A DNA stretch of 64,000 nt, taken from contig CM035353.1 in NCBI GenBank assembly GCA_020137815.1, positions 2,170,001 to 2,234,000 on the forward strand. Direction: 5' to 3'. The stretch is from Hormiphora californensis (lineage: Eukaryota > Animalia > Ctenophora). Within the stretch, counting starts at the first letter, position 1. Each line of letters opens with the position of its first letter. The position numbers and the translations under genes are program-made. Under the pieces are notes generated by a model. It ran no database searches. It saw only the letters and a list, made by a program, of their open reading frames with translations, and was not told where the DNA came from. Positions 23,037-36,340 of the stretch are shown here, in pieces.

Positions 23037-26000
23037 TCATCGTTTTCTTTTCGAGCAAAACTTTAGACACATGGCAACAAGTTCCCTAAACCCAGCCTGT
23101 ATCTGGGGGTTTAAACTCGCAAACAAGATGGGATTACACGCACTCTTTCCCACAAACAGCCAATGAGCCAGTAGATCGAGTTGCCTGGTCGGTTGCCATT
23201 GAGCACTATCACCATTTTTTGGTGCACTAAATTCCAAAATCCACATTACAAGACCGCTAATGAAGAGGGGCATGGTAAATAGTAAGTAGCAGGTAACAAT
23301 GATAAACACTGACACAGTTACCCTCCTCTGAATGGCAGAATTTCGTTTGTTCCGTTGAGAAGATTTCCGGGATTGCCGTCCAAAGGCCGTGCTACTTCCG
23401 CCACAACTTCCCCCGGCCACCCCCGTGCCCTCCCGGATGCTCCTGATGGGACTTGCGGAGGAACATGATCCGACGTGTTCATCTACTTCTCGAATAGCTG
23501 CCGGTGCCGGTGCCTGGTGGAGATGAACAGTTGAAATTTCAGGATTTTATTCAGAATGCTACTCACAGAATGGACTACATTATACAATGGTTTATGCTTT
23601 GTTTAGTTCGCTCAACAGTTTGTCAACTTACGACTACATCTGGCCGCCTCAACTTTACTTGTTCTTTCCGCCGAAAGGAAACTTCTGAAACATATAGCGA
23701 TTTAAAATTAAAGTGGACCGACACAGAATCAGACAAGATTGTTGTAGGTATGTAGTAGAGAATAGTTATCTGTTACCCCCTAGTTCCATGCACCGAGATT
23801 CTGCAAAATTTCAGATATTCTGCAGATACTTTTTGCGAAGTATTCGCAGAAAAACCAAGCTCCTGAATTAGCCGAATATCTGCAGTTTTGCAGATATCTG
23901 CAAAGTGGTCCGAATGTATTTAGGTGCCAGCATGGGCACCTCTGACCCGCATATCAAATAATTTACAGAAAGGCTCACCCTTTAGACTGTACTGCAAACA
24001 CGGTTTATTGGTTGGAGTGTTGCCGGCCATGCTCCCTGTTCCAGTACAGGATGGTGTGACGTCACTAAAATTCACTGTGCTGCTGAGAATATTATAAACT
24101 GTTATTACACGATATAGTCATACATTCTCAGTTACACCTAGTTTATTCAAGTTTAAGTATTTACATTTGCTTGCATTACATTTGCTTGCATTACTCGTGG
24201 TATAGCCCTCAAGTACGACATTGTTTACTGTAATTTAAACTAAGGCAGTGGATTACGGGAGCCCGAAAGGAGAGCCCGAAAGAAAACCACGAACCAGTTC
24301 CCCGAAAGATTCATTTGCACATTAACAAAATCCTACTTTCCCAACACCCCCACCACACAGAAGTCACGTGCGTCTGACGTGCATGCCCCTTCTGTGTGGT
24401 GAATATACGATTTTGGTAATGCGTAAATGAATCTTTTGGGGAACTGGTTCGGGATTTTCTTTCGGGCTCTCCTTTCGGGGAACTGGTTCGGGATTTTCTT
24501 TCGGGCTCTCCTTTCTGGCCCCCGTAATCCCCCGTGTTACGCTGGCCCGCACGATGTCAGCGGAAAGGGTACAGGTTGTTGTTTCTTCATTCGAGCCTTT
24601 AACCGTCGACGAGTTTCTATCAGCAGTTTCAGATAAAAGAAAATACAGAGAAAGACTGGCACCGGTATAGAGAGCAGAAAAAACGTAATGAAGTACCACC
24701 TGAAATTGAATGGGGTTTTAGTAAAGTCAATAACTACATCGATCCCTCCAAATTGTTCCAGTTTTTGTTACATTTGTTTGGGGCATCGACACGATACATA
24801 ACTGCAAAACAGTCGAGAGGTTGTACCTGTCTCCTTCAAAGCCGCAGTTAAAAGAAAATTGACTGTAAACGTAGGAGTCCCATCCGAGAAGTGGGCATGC
24901 AGCGAGGATGATGGAGTGTAGCCAGCTGAAGCTGAGCATCATGATTATCCGCCTGTTTGACATTACCTGCAGAAAATGGAAACCTGGCTATCAATATGCC
25001 GTTCATGCGGTAATAACTGTTCAACTAAAGATTTATAAAGGTGCATTTATATCTCAACACACTTTAGCGGAAAATAATCGTACTTTTCTGGAGTTCAGTT
25101 TTGGAGAATAACTGAACTTTGCACACAAATACGGCTGTTAACTGATTTTTTGTGCGAACTTCAGTAATTGTAAGTAGCCGTTTAACTGAAGTACAGCTCA
25201 GTACGGTTTTTCCCCACTATGTTACATATTTTATATATGTCGTTTACCTTGAAGTAGTCCATGGGGTTGGTTACAAAGTAATATCTATCTACACTTGACA
25301 TTGCTATCGTCCACAGAGAGGAAACCAAGGCTGCGTTATCCAGAAATCCTGATATCTATAATATAAATAACGGTATAAGGGACCAACTTACAAAAACCCC
25401 GGGTATGTTAACCATATAATAAGCACTCGGGTATGTTTGTATCAAAAGACGTGTGAAGAACCGTGCAGGAGTTACCCACGCAGCATACCTAACAACCCAA
25501 TCAAAATACGTATGGCGGCGGTGTGCAAGTATTTATACCCCAACGACAAAAGACAAAAGTACCCGTACTTTTTTGTAAGTTTCTGTTACGCTAGAATTAA
25601 AAATTGGAAACTGACGCCAAGTTCCAGCTGGGAGATTCCTGATGAACCACGCTGTGTGCGTCATTAGCGATCACGTGACCCAAATCTCCATGTGAAATGT
25701 ATTATATAGGGTAGTGTTGCACGTAATTATCATCTTTTCGATTGGTCAAATAGGAGCTGGGAACTGATACCAGGTTCCAATTTGTAACTGCTGCCTTACT
25801 TGCTAATATAACCTAGAACATTTATGGTAAGGAGGGAGGCTGTGAATGCGTACTTGATGGTCACTGGTCGGTTATATTCTGACAGCCCTGCACCAGACTT
25901 CCCCCACTAGCTAATTATATAGTTATTCTGAATAATGAGATCTGATATGAAGGAGATATCAAAATTACTTCCTAAGATATTTAAGATATAAGATACGAAG

Positions 26001-27014
26001 ATGAAAATATATTCTCAAAGATGAAAATAGATTATTAAATCTCTATATATTATCACATACATTGCAGAGAGTATCTCCAAACACCCAACCGTTGTTAAAC
26101 ACTGATACCGAGGTGATGGGCATCGTCACTGCACCTAGAAACAAGAGAATTAAATAGGGGGCCCCGGGTTAACCCCCTTCTCCTCGACTAACTGGAATCA
26201 TGACGTCATGTATATTAACATAACCAGTTCATTGCTGGTTATACAGTGATATGACTGTGCTATTATATAACCCGATTTACCGGGATGCTCGGGGATTTTG
26301 TCCGATAAATCGGGGTTCCGGTAAATGGTTGGACAGTTAAATCATTTTTCGCGTTCAATATGTCGAAAGAATTGGATGCAAAAACGCATGCATCATCATT
26401 TCAGGATTTAAAAAGAGTTCTACAGAGTAACTCAACAAGACGCAATGGTCATTAAAAGGTTGCAGAAGCTGTCAGGCACTGACCCATTCTTGCACACTTC
26501 GCTCAGAAGAGAGAGATAGAGAGAGAGAAAGAGAGGTTAGACATCTTGCTCACAGTCGAGACAGTGCACCACCATGCTGCAAGTATAATTGATGATCTGT
26601 TAAGTATTAGAATTAGATTGACATTTAAGGCCAGAGGGGGGGTCCGGGGGTATAAAAAGTCACTTTCGGTATCTGGTCCGACCTTAAGCACACTTACCAA
26701 CGAGAAAATCAGCCACCATAAGATTATTTATAAACACGTTATTCCTGCTTTTCATCTTTCGACCGTGTATGGTTATGCTCACTACGACTAGGATTGAACC
26801 TGAAATATAAAGTTAAGTTTGATAATCTTTCAAAATTTAAATGAAGAGAGCAGATTTTTCCATGTTTTTCTCGATCGCAATAATTTCAATCGATTATAGC
26901 TAATAACTATTGGAGTGGCATTAAGGACCTACCGAGAAGTGTGACAACAGAGAAAGTTGTCATTGAAGCTCCAAGCAGTAGTTTTTCACTGGTGTTCAGC
27001 TGATTAGGTGTCAT
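23037..27014 (-). CDS. Rhodopsin-class GPCR with aminergic-like features, ~432 aa; exons 27014-26933, 26799-26698, 26134-26061, 25355-25248, 24966-24827, 24699-24541, 24082-23979, 23684-23632, 23513-23037
   Basis: All junctions GT-AG and phase-consistent; motifs NVFINNLMVADFLVG (TM2), WVFGDTLC (ECL1/TM3), VDRY, CPLLGW (TM4), long ICL3, FTMP (TM6), HWLFVGKSACNPILF (TM7). Confidence 0.9.
24249..24532. mobile_element. Inverted-repeat MITE in a GPCR intron
   Basis: GGATTACGGG..GAAAGGAGAGCCCGAAAGAAAA..GAACCAGTTCCCC versus its reverse complement (with internal duplication) at 24409-24532. Confidence 0.7.
25386..25581. mobile_element. MITE with AACTTACAAAAA termini; related copy in opposite orientation at ~31296-31505
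   Basis: Shared CCCGGGTATGTTAAC, TCAAAAGACGTGTGAAGA and AACAACCCAATCAAAATACGT blocks. Confidence 0.7.
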
Positions 27015-27559
27015 TGGGAAGCTGTCATGCCGAGGAAAGAGTCAGTGAATATATATAACTTGCATGATTACAAAAAGAAAAATACTTAAAGTGAAAAATG
27101 GGCATTTGAAAAGCTGTGAATTGTGATTAATGATCACTGAAGAACAGAGTACGGCTTGAGAAATCTCTTATAGACACTCTTGTGGGTTGATCAGTACACC
27201 AAACTACACGTGTGTACCAAATTTCATCAAAATCGGACAATCCCAACTTTCCTATATATCAACATAATATAATATATAATAGCAACATTACACATGCAAT
27301 GAAACACCTTTTCAGAGATTGTGCTGAATGTCAAATTACTCAATAAAATATGTTGTGTGGCTCAAACCGTCATTCACGGTTCAGCAGATCAACATATAAT
27401 ATGAAAACTGGAACAATTGGGAGGTTCTCGAATCTACTAAATAATAATATAATAATCAATAATCCCGTGCCGCCCGCGAAGCAGGAAGGGTGGTATATAA
27501 TATGATATGAAACCTGACCAATTTGGAATCATGTCCAAACTGTTGTGACAAGTGAAACA

Positions 27560-28160
27560 AGGTTTCACTTGTCACAACTATTATTTTTGATGGACATGCA
27601 CGGTCAATTGAGCAGATGACTTCAAATACTTTCGATCGTGGATCAATGCAATAAGAAAATCAAGCACCGGAAGAGCAAAGCATGGGTTGAAGAAAGTCGG
27701 GAACTCAGATCTGAAAGACGAACATACATGCAGGGTATTTGTTGCTACTGTCGAAACTGTCCTCCTATATGGCTGTGAAACATTGTCTCTCACCAAGCAA
27801 ATGGAGAAGAAACTTACACTCGGATGCGAAGAATGGCGCTCAACAAGAACCAGTGGCAACTCCGTATGACCAATGGAACGCTGTATGGTATTGGAGGGCT
27901 ACCAATTCTTAGCACTAAAATAGCAGAACGCAGACTACGTCTAGCCGGTCATGCCCAACATTATTCTGAGCTGACCCTCCACAAAGTCCTTCTTTGGGAA
28001 CCACTTCATGGTCAATCTAAACGTGGTAGGCCTTCTAAAACCTTTGTGGACGTTCTTCGGCAAGATCCGGGTCTGAGTGACGTGAAGGAGATAGCTTCAG
28101 TGATGGATGAGTGTGATGCGTGTAGAAAACTTGTTAGTCAAGTAAGTCAAGTAAGTCAAG
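27560..28160 (+). mobile_element. 5'-truncated RTE-clade non-LTR retrotransposon (3' end of ORF, frameshifted)
   Basis: FVATVETVLLYGCET.SLTK..EKKL, RRLRLAGH, LLWEP.HG..KRGRP.KTFVD.L..D; short-repeat tail (AGTAAGTCA)n. Confidence 0.8.
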
Positions 28161-28370
28161 GATTTATTGATAACAATAAAAAACTTTAGCGGCAAAATCA
28201 ACCTTGCTTTTTATAGCGGGCAGGATATAACATACATCCCGCTGGGCCGGGGAATATATGGGATGACTCTATCTAATAAAAGTTTACTATAGTATCATGA
28301 CGTGTAGTACAGAACGCATTACCCAAGTATCTTTGTATCACTATCATGTTATATCTCTCACCCAGTATTA

Positions 28371-28456
<86 letters not shown>

Positions 28457-28894
28457 CTCTCCCCTTCCCCCTCTCTCTAACTCCCCCTCTCTCTCTCCTT
28501 CAATCATGACTATATCTACTTGTAATTAAGATATTGACCTCAAATGTTCGAGTGACCTCACACAAAATATAGTATCTATGTGAACTTTAAGTACTTACAG
28601 TTTTAGGTTTTATGTCTCTATCCCCCCCTCCTATTTCTCTGACACGAATCGGTAAATGGTAAAATATGCAAAACAGGCAGTGACTAGTAACTTGTTTTGT
28701 TCCAACCCTGCCCTATATTTTATTAAAGAAGCCAGTCGGAGAGATGGTCTAGCAAGGCAACTATTTACCATCATGAAGTGCCTTCATGAGTGTCCTTTTG
28801 GGGTCATTAGTCTTCAAACTCATCAAAACAATTTCAAAGGGATAGAACAAAAGAATTTTCAGTGGTACCTGACGGGTTCAATTCGTTAGTAAAA

Positions 28895-28935
<41 letters not shown>

Positions 28936-29216
28936 TTTCTTTCTTTCACTTTATCTAAAACAACCAATTCATTGGAAGAAAGCACGTGAGTCGCAGCTGA
29001 GAGACCAATGAGGGAGAGAATACTGGTCCCTGATTGGCTGATAACCAGTCACGTGACCTAAATAACGAGTTCTGATTGGTTGTTTACTTGCAGCTGAGAG
29101 ACCAATGAGGGAGAGAGATGCTAGTGGTGAAACAAATCAAAGTGAACATGAGGATAGAACAGCCATTTAATAACTACTCGCCATTCCACCATGCACCCCT
29201 TTCTTTCTATCGCTCA

Positions 29217-29247
<31 letters not shown>

Positions 29248-30974
29248 CTCCTCTCTCTTTTCTTCCCCTCCTTCCTCCTCTCTCTCTCTTCCCTCTTCCC
29301 TCCATCCCTTTTCTCCCCTCTTTACCTCTCTTCTTCCCTCTCCCCCCCTCTCCTTCTCCTTTTCCTCTTCTTTCTCTTCTCTTCAGCCTCCTTTTTGCCT
29401 CTCTCCCTCTTCTCTCGTTCTCTCTTCCTTCCTCTTCTTCTCCGTCTTCTCTCTCCCCTCCTCTTCTCTCCTTTTCCTTTCCTTCTCTCCTCCTCTCCCT
29501 TTATCTACCCTTTACTATTACTCCTTTCTCTCTCCTTTTTTCTTAACTTTTTCTTAATTTTTTTTCCCTTTCTTTTTTTCCCCCCAAACTTTCCCCTTTT
29601 CCCCCTTCAAACCCTTTTTTCAAACCAAAATTTTCTTTAAAATTTTTGCCTAAAACCGTTTTTAAAGGCCCCTTTGGAAAAAAAGGGGAATTATTAAACC
29701 TAAAACATTTTCAAACCCAAAATTTTTAAACAGGGTTTTTTTTCCAACAACTTCACAATTTTTATCCTTCTCTTTATAACCCCAAACCAATTAATTTTTT
29801 TTTTTTTTGTAAAAAAAACCCCCCCCAAAACCCCCCCCCCCCCCTTTTTGGGGTCCCGCTCTCTCCTTCCTCTCCTAGCTCATCTCTCTCCATCCTCTCA
29901 TCTCTCTACTCTCGCCTCTATCTCTATCCTCTCTCTCATGTCCGCTCTCCCAGCTCTGGTCTTGGTCTCTGCTCTCTCTTCTAATCTAGCTAGCTGTCCT
30001 TCTCTCGTCTCTCTTCTGTCTCTCTCTCGTACTTCACTCTCTCATCTCATCGTCTCTCCTCTCTCTCTTCTCCTGTCTCTCTCTCTCTCTCTCTCTCTCG
30101 CTCTGTCCCTTTTTCTTTCGCCTTTTATTTAACTACCTTTTTCTCGCCTCTATGCTATGGAACAAAATGCTACTACATACATTAATGAAAAAGTTATTGA
30201 ACTTTCAATAAGCTATCTACTAATGGGATATGTCACGAAAGAATTCATACGTTTAGTTACTTGGATCAGTTCGGAAAAGACAAAAGACCTTACTCGTTTG
30301 TTAAGCTCCTACATACAAGAAACTTTTAAATTCAAACAGGAATATTTTTCTTAAGAAACGAGAGTAAGGTATATTAAACCGCAATAATCCTTTCGATGGA
30401 ACGAAGCAAAGCTGTCATGTAAAAAGAAGTATGAAGTGCTACATTGTCTAAAGAGCAATCTTTCCCAGAGACCAAAGTTTTAAATTGATATCACGCGTGA
30501 CTTCTATGTATTAAGTCGCCCCAAATCAAATACAGAATATGTATATAGCGGTCCCGTATAATAGCGTTTATGATTACCAAGCATAATAGCAACGTGCCCA
30601 AATCCCGGATAGCCTAGGTGGTAGCCTCTATATTTTGGGTTCTAAAAAAACTACTTGACTCAATTGAAACAACCTGGAAATTAATTTCGCCCTACACCCG
30701 CGGTTAGAAGTAGAGCAAAATCAATTTCGACGTTTGTTTCAATTAAGTTTAAATTTAATTGAAACTTAATAAAAAAGGGTAAACTGTTAATTACTTAATT
30801 AAGTGACTATCCTAATTCCTACTTCCTAGTATCCTACTCATTCTCTACAATCCCCAGACAGGGCCGGCTACTTCACATTTTAGTTGTTTCCTAACACCCT
30901 AACGTGTCATATCCCCGTATTTCAAGCCAGCGAGGCGGTAATTCTGTTAAACAGACAAACTTGTGGCTCTACCA

Positions 30975-31058
<84 letters not shown>

Positions 31059-31901
31059 TTTTACTATCACTGTAGCTCCTTCTGACTTTCTGTCTGTCTT
31101 TCTCTCAGAACTATCGCTGCTAGTACACTTTTGTGTAATAAATGTTCTTATAGGTGTGGGCCCGCCAATTGGTACTCAAATTTTATACTGTCTAGAAGCT
31201 GTTTTTCCTTACCGTTTTCCATACTAAGCAGTCTTTTCATGGAGTAGTTGATGGTAGGTATTCTACTGGACATCTGTGTTTGTATCTGATCTAACAACTT
31301 ACAAGAAAGTACAGGTACTTTGGACTTTGGTGTTTGGGGTGAACACTGAACACCCGCGCAACCGCCACACGTATTTTGATTGGGTTGTTAGCACTCGAAA
31401 GCCGTGCGGCTCTTCGCCTCTTCAGTGAAGAGTCTTCACACGTCTTTTGACACAAAGTACCCGGGTACTTAGTTAACATACCCGGGTTCTTTTTTTTTTA
31501 AAAGTGGGGGTCAACCTTAAGGAAAATTATTTTTTTTAGACAAGAAGGGGCTTAAGTTTTATTTTTTCCCCCTAAAATTTCTTCCCTCTCCTCAAGAGAG
31601 AGCTTGAACGATAAAAATAAAGGTGTTTTATTTTTAGAAAGCCCGGGGAAGAAGTTTGGGTCTGCCAGTAAATAAAGGAGGAAGTTTATATAGAAAAAAG
31701 GGGAAAGGAAATGTGAAAACGGGAGCCCAATTAACGCACCCTTTTTGCCCCTTAATAAGGTCTGACCACCGAGAATAGGTGATTTTGACCCCGCATCCAA
31801 CCCTCCTCGCCTCTCTTTCTCTCTCTCTTCTCTCTCTTCCCCTCTCTCTCCCCTATCTATCTCTCCCCATCTTTTTCTCTTCTCTTTTTCCTTTATCTTC
31901 T

Positions 31902-31950
<49 letters not shown>

Positions 31951-33410
31951 TTCTAAATTCTCTTACTTTCTACAAGACAGGTGTGGTATAATCTGATAAT
32001 CTAGTAGACGCCAAGCATACAGGTATTGTAGGACACCATTTTCGACTAACAGCTCTACATTAGTTTGATACTGATCAGCTTCGACGCTCATAAACCTTGA
32101 CAAGTATTTTATTAGGTCTCAGTTGTCAAATTCCCCCGTTCAATAGACTTCTTCAACTTCATGCAAGTTTTTCTATGTCTGTCTCTCTACTCTGTCTCTC
32201 TCTCTGGCCCCGGCTATTGAATATCTCGTACCCATCCGCACTAGGTTCAAGCGAAGCGATAAACATAATCGTGTTATATTATTCGGTGTAGCATTCATGA
32301 CAAAGCTATACTGAGTAGGATACTTTATAGACGGTGTGAAGTTCACTATCTTGACATTGACATGTTCCCAGTCTGTCGGCCTTCTGCTTGTTCAAACCCA
32401 TTTTATTTTCACCCGGATGCCTTTTGTAAAAAGGCATAGGGGTTTAGAATTCGACTAGTTTACATACTTAACTAGTGAGGTGTCACGGTCACAAAACTGG
32501 CTGTAACACGCTCAGTTGCGAGGGACAACGGTGTTGCTCCTTCATCAGATATTTCAATGGCACGTTTTCAGGAAATGTGAGCCGCGCAATGTGGCACGCA
32601 ATTTAGTGCTACTATATACGGTTTGCTACTATATACGGTTTGAGTGATTCATAAATGATCGGAAATGTCTGTCCCGCCTTCACATTAGATGGTTACGAAA
32701 ATAAAGGTTGGTGGGGAAACATAGCATTATGAAACATAATGCAGTTATTCTCGTTCAATAGACGTGTAGGTCGTATAGTGAAACAAGATCGAGCAAGGCA
32801 ACCTTCGGCTTACGCGAACCAAGCCTCGACATGATGCAAACCCGATTTGTAGTTTTAGGAATGTATTTATTCGTGGAATAGTATTATTTGTGTCGTATCG
32901 GGCCACCTCTATCAATGGCAGTAAATTTACCCTCTACAGTCCGACCCGATAGGATGGAGTACAGTATATGTTATTAGAGAGCTAGGGGGGAGGCTAGATC
33001 TAAATCCCGATATCGGTTACCGATTGTAACTTTGTGTGTACAGCGTGCACCCTACTAAAAATCACACATCGAACATCACGCTTTAGTTCAGTATCAGAAA
33101 GTTTTTACGATTTGAAAAATCGAATATAGATTAACTTTGTGCTGTATCATCGAATAAAGGTAGCCTTTATTTTTATAAATTAAAACCAAATACTATATAT
33201 ACAGTAATATGAATACGTAATATAAAAGCATTGTATACAAAATTTAAAGTATCAAATCTTGTTTTCTATACCTATATAGCATACTACAACAAAGTATTTG
33301 ATAGATAGAATGATTTGAGCTGTCAAAATGTTGCAGTGTGACAGTTCTGTTATAAAAAGATAAAAAGGCCCACTGTGTCCTTCCTTGAACTGGGAGTACT
33401 GGGCAATACG

Positions 33411-33519
33411 CAGGAACCGACCGAATCAGGAAATACTGGTCCCTGATTGGCTGATAACCAGTCACGTGACCTAAATAACGAGTTCTAATTGGTTGTTTAC
33501 TTGTGTCGGTCGGTTCCTG
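33411..33519. mobile_element. hAT-like MITE, same family, reverse orientation
   Basis: Perfect 8-bp TSD GCAATACG. Confidence 0.9.
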
Positions 33520-36175
33520 GCAATACGCTTTTTATATCAAATACTTTTTATAAAAAGGGCAAAGTCTTCTATAAAGTTCTTTAGAACTCCAAAGCTTGGG
33601 ATAAAATTTTACATATATTATATGTATATGTAACGGGAATGGGCAATACCATATTATTACACATTTTAATATAATATAATGGATCATTTAAATTTTAAGA
33701 AGAATATTTTCAAAGCTTTCTCGATGTCATTGTCAAGAAAAGCTTTCAATTCCATGAAAAACGTACATATTATTGCCCAGATAATATTCGTGGGATTGTT
33801 GTACTGGGACTGTCAGTATTATATACTGAGCCAAATAAGAAGTCAGTGTGTTCTGGACCCCATCTCCGACTTGAGAACTTTCAATGACACTTCTGTAAAT
33901 TATATTATTGAAAATTGAAATTGATCGAAATAAAAAACCCAGAGCCTAGATTAACCTCCTCTGTTCATGTTGTCAATTGACAGATATAATGGCTCAACTC
34001 AAGTTGAGCTCGTATTCAGCTCGTAAATTTGTCAACTGCAGGACATGATGACAGTTAGATCTTCCAACAAGTCAGAATTCAATGAGCTGATATATCGTTT
34101 CACTATCCTCTTATTTCTGGCGATCTCAATTGCACCATTGTTTTTGAATATATTTCCGACCTTATTATTATGACATATTTTCCTTGATCAGAACAAGACT
34201 CGCCATGTATTATATATCCATGGGCATACTTTGGCAGATTGATGAATGGAATTTCGAGGGAGGGGAGGGAAAATAAAATCAGTGCTCGTGTAAATTTCTG
34301 ATACAATACTTATAATATGTGGGCATTTTCTGTTATCCTGAATATATGTCGTCTGTGAACCTTTGCCATTTAGGGTAGTCGGTTTTAACAAATTTTAGTA
34401 GTCACGTTTGTTCCTTGAATAGTCTGGAAACATGTCTGAATCAATACACTTGATATATCCCCAGCCTAAGAATTAGAGTACTGCGATATAATATGTGACT
34501 CAGCCACCGTTTGTTGATATCCCTGCGGAGCTAAACCACAAAAACGTGGACTAATTCTCACCTTAGAACTATGTTGAAAACCACAGACTAAACTTGTGTG
34601 TAGATCATCAGTTGGGCCGGCTGTTCATCCTTCACGTGGAAGCCTGCATGTTACTACCTTCCCTAATTCCTTTCAATTTCTACCATTCGTTCCTTGCACG
34701 TCCTCCCGTTGTGTCTACCGTCATAAAAAATTATAGAATTAAGATTGTAAAGTATAAGATAATTTCAATAATACTACGATACTGTGATAAGACTCTATTA
34801 TATATAGCGTTCCCGATTAGGAGCAGCTATGACACTATATGTTGGCTTGGTAGTTGTTGCAGTGGCGCAGTCACCTTACTCGTTTTAGGGCCGGTGACTA
34901 GTGACTACTGACAACCAATCTGTTAGCACACCTCGCCTTAAATCTACAATTGCTGTGGCAGATGGCTGCTGTGCATGACATGCAGTTACTGATCTACAGT
35001 ACATGTAGTTCCAATGATTACGGCATTAGGAAACATATTAAGGATGAGAAAGATTGTAACACATTAGTGGGTCCTAGGCTGCAGAGCAGGAGAGAAATTA
35101 AGATAGGGAGAGAGAGAGCACGCTAATCGATATCACTCCTGCAGTAGCTGACATATAGCTCGCACAGAAGGGGCTTCCTTCTGCCCGGCGACACCCTCTC
35201 CTTCCTCCCTGGAGACCCCCTCCCTCTTTATTATAGTGAGGTAGTATAGAATTAATGTGGATGGTGGTGAACCTATAGCAACTCCTCCCCGGAGAAAGAG
35301 AGAGAGAGCTTACCTTTACCATATTGTAATGTGTGACTATGCTACATTTATTGCATTCAGTATTAATTGACGTTGAATTGTTTTCCATTATATCAGTTTA
35401 GCTTAAAGTCTTGAAAATTCGGACACTTCTCTGTCGCAGAGTACTAACCAAACATGACCAAACTCACCAAGCAGAAGATCTGACAAGCAGGCGTGCCAAT
35501 TGCTCTGTGAGTCAGTGACCAATTCATGTACCACCATCCAACGGCACGGTGGGGGGAGTTTCAAATGTAACTTTAGGGCTTCAAGATCTCTCTCTCTCTC
35601 ACCGGGCCAAGCAAGGGAATTCGCGGAAGTTTCGTAGTTTCCGTGACACTATAATATAAAGGACGTAGAAATATTTTCCGTTTTTAATTCACTGCCCATG
35701 CGCTCTTAGGGTTGGGACTTGATGGCGGCAATGGTAGCCCCTGTAGTTGGGACTGGTGTTCTGGCTGGCTGAATAAGAAAGAACGGAGTGTCGGAGTGAC
35801 CGCAAACTATGTGATAGGTATAATAGCTGCACGTGCAATATTAGTTTGTCCGTCACGCCACACCTATATAGCTATATTTCCTTCGTAAATACTAGGATGA
35901 TCACCGAATCGATGCATAGAATATATTTGGAAAATAATTATGTCTCCCTTTTTGGCTTCCCTCAGGCTCCTTCATGGCTATCCGCCCTCCTCTTAATACC
36001 AGACAGATCATCGGCTTATCTCTGATCTCTCTCTCTCTCTCTCAATACTTCGCTATCATCTTCATTCGTGTTATTTGGGGTAATAATTCCCCCTGCTCGT
36101 CTCTTGCCTAATGATTAGAAGATACACAGAGTAATACCAGCTTCTCCTGCAAAAATCATGCATGTCTACAGCATA

Positions 36176-36340
<165 letters not shown>

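Noticed and set aside
23037-27014. Opsin
   Set aside because: The TM7 lysine is at 7.45 rather than 7.43, and TM3 looks aminergic
29118-30132. Leu/Ser/Pro-rich and ER/LS-repeat ORFs here and at 14313, 36071, 46979, 51584, 54140
   Set aside because: Products of CT/GA microsatellites and noisy pyrimidine tracts
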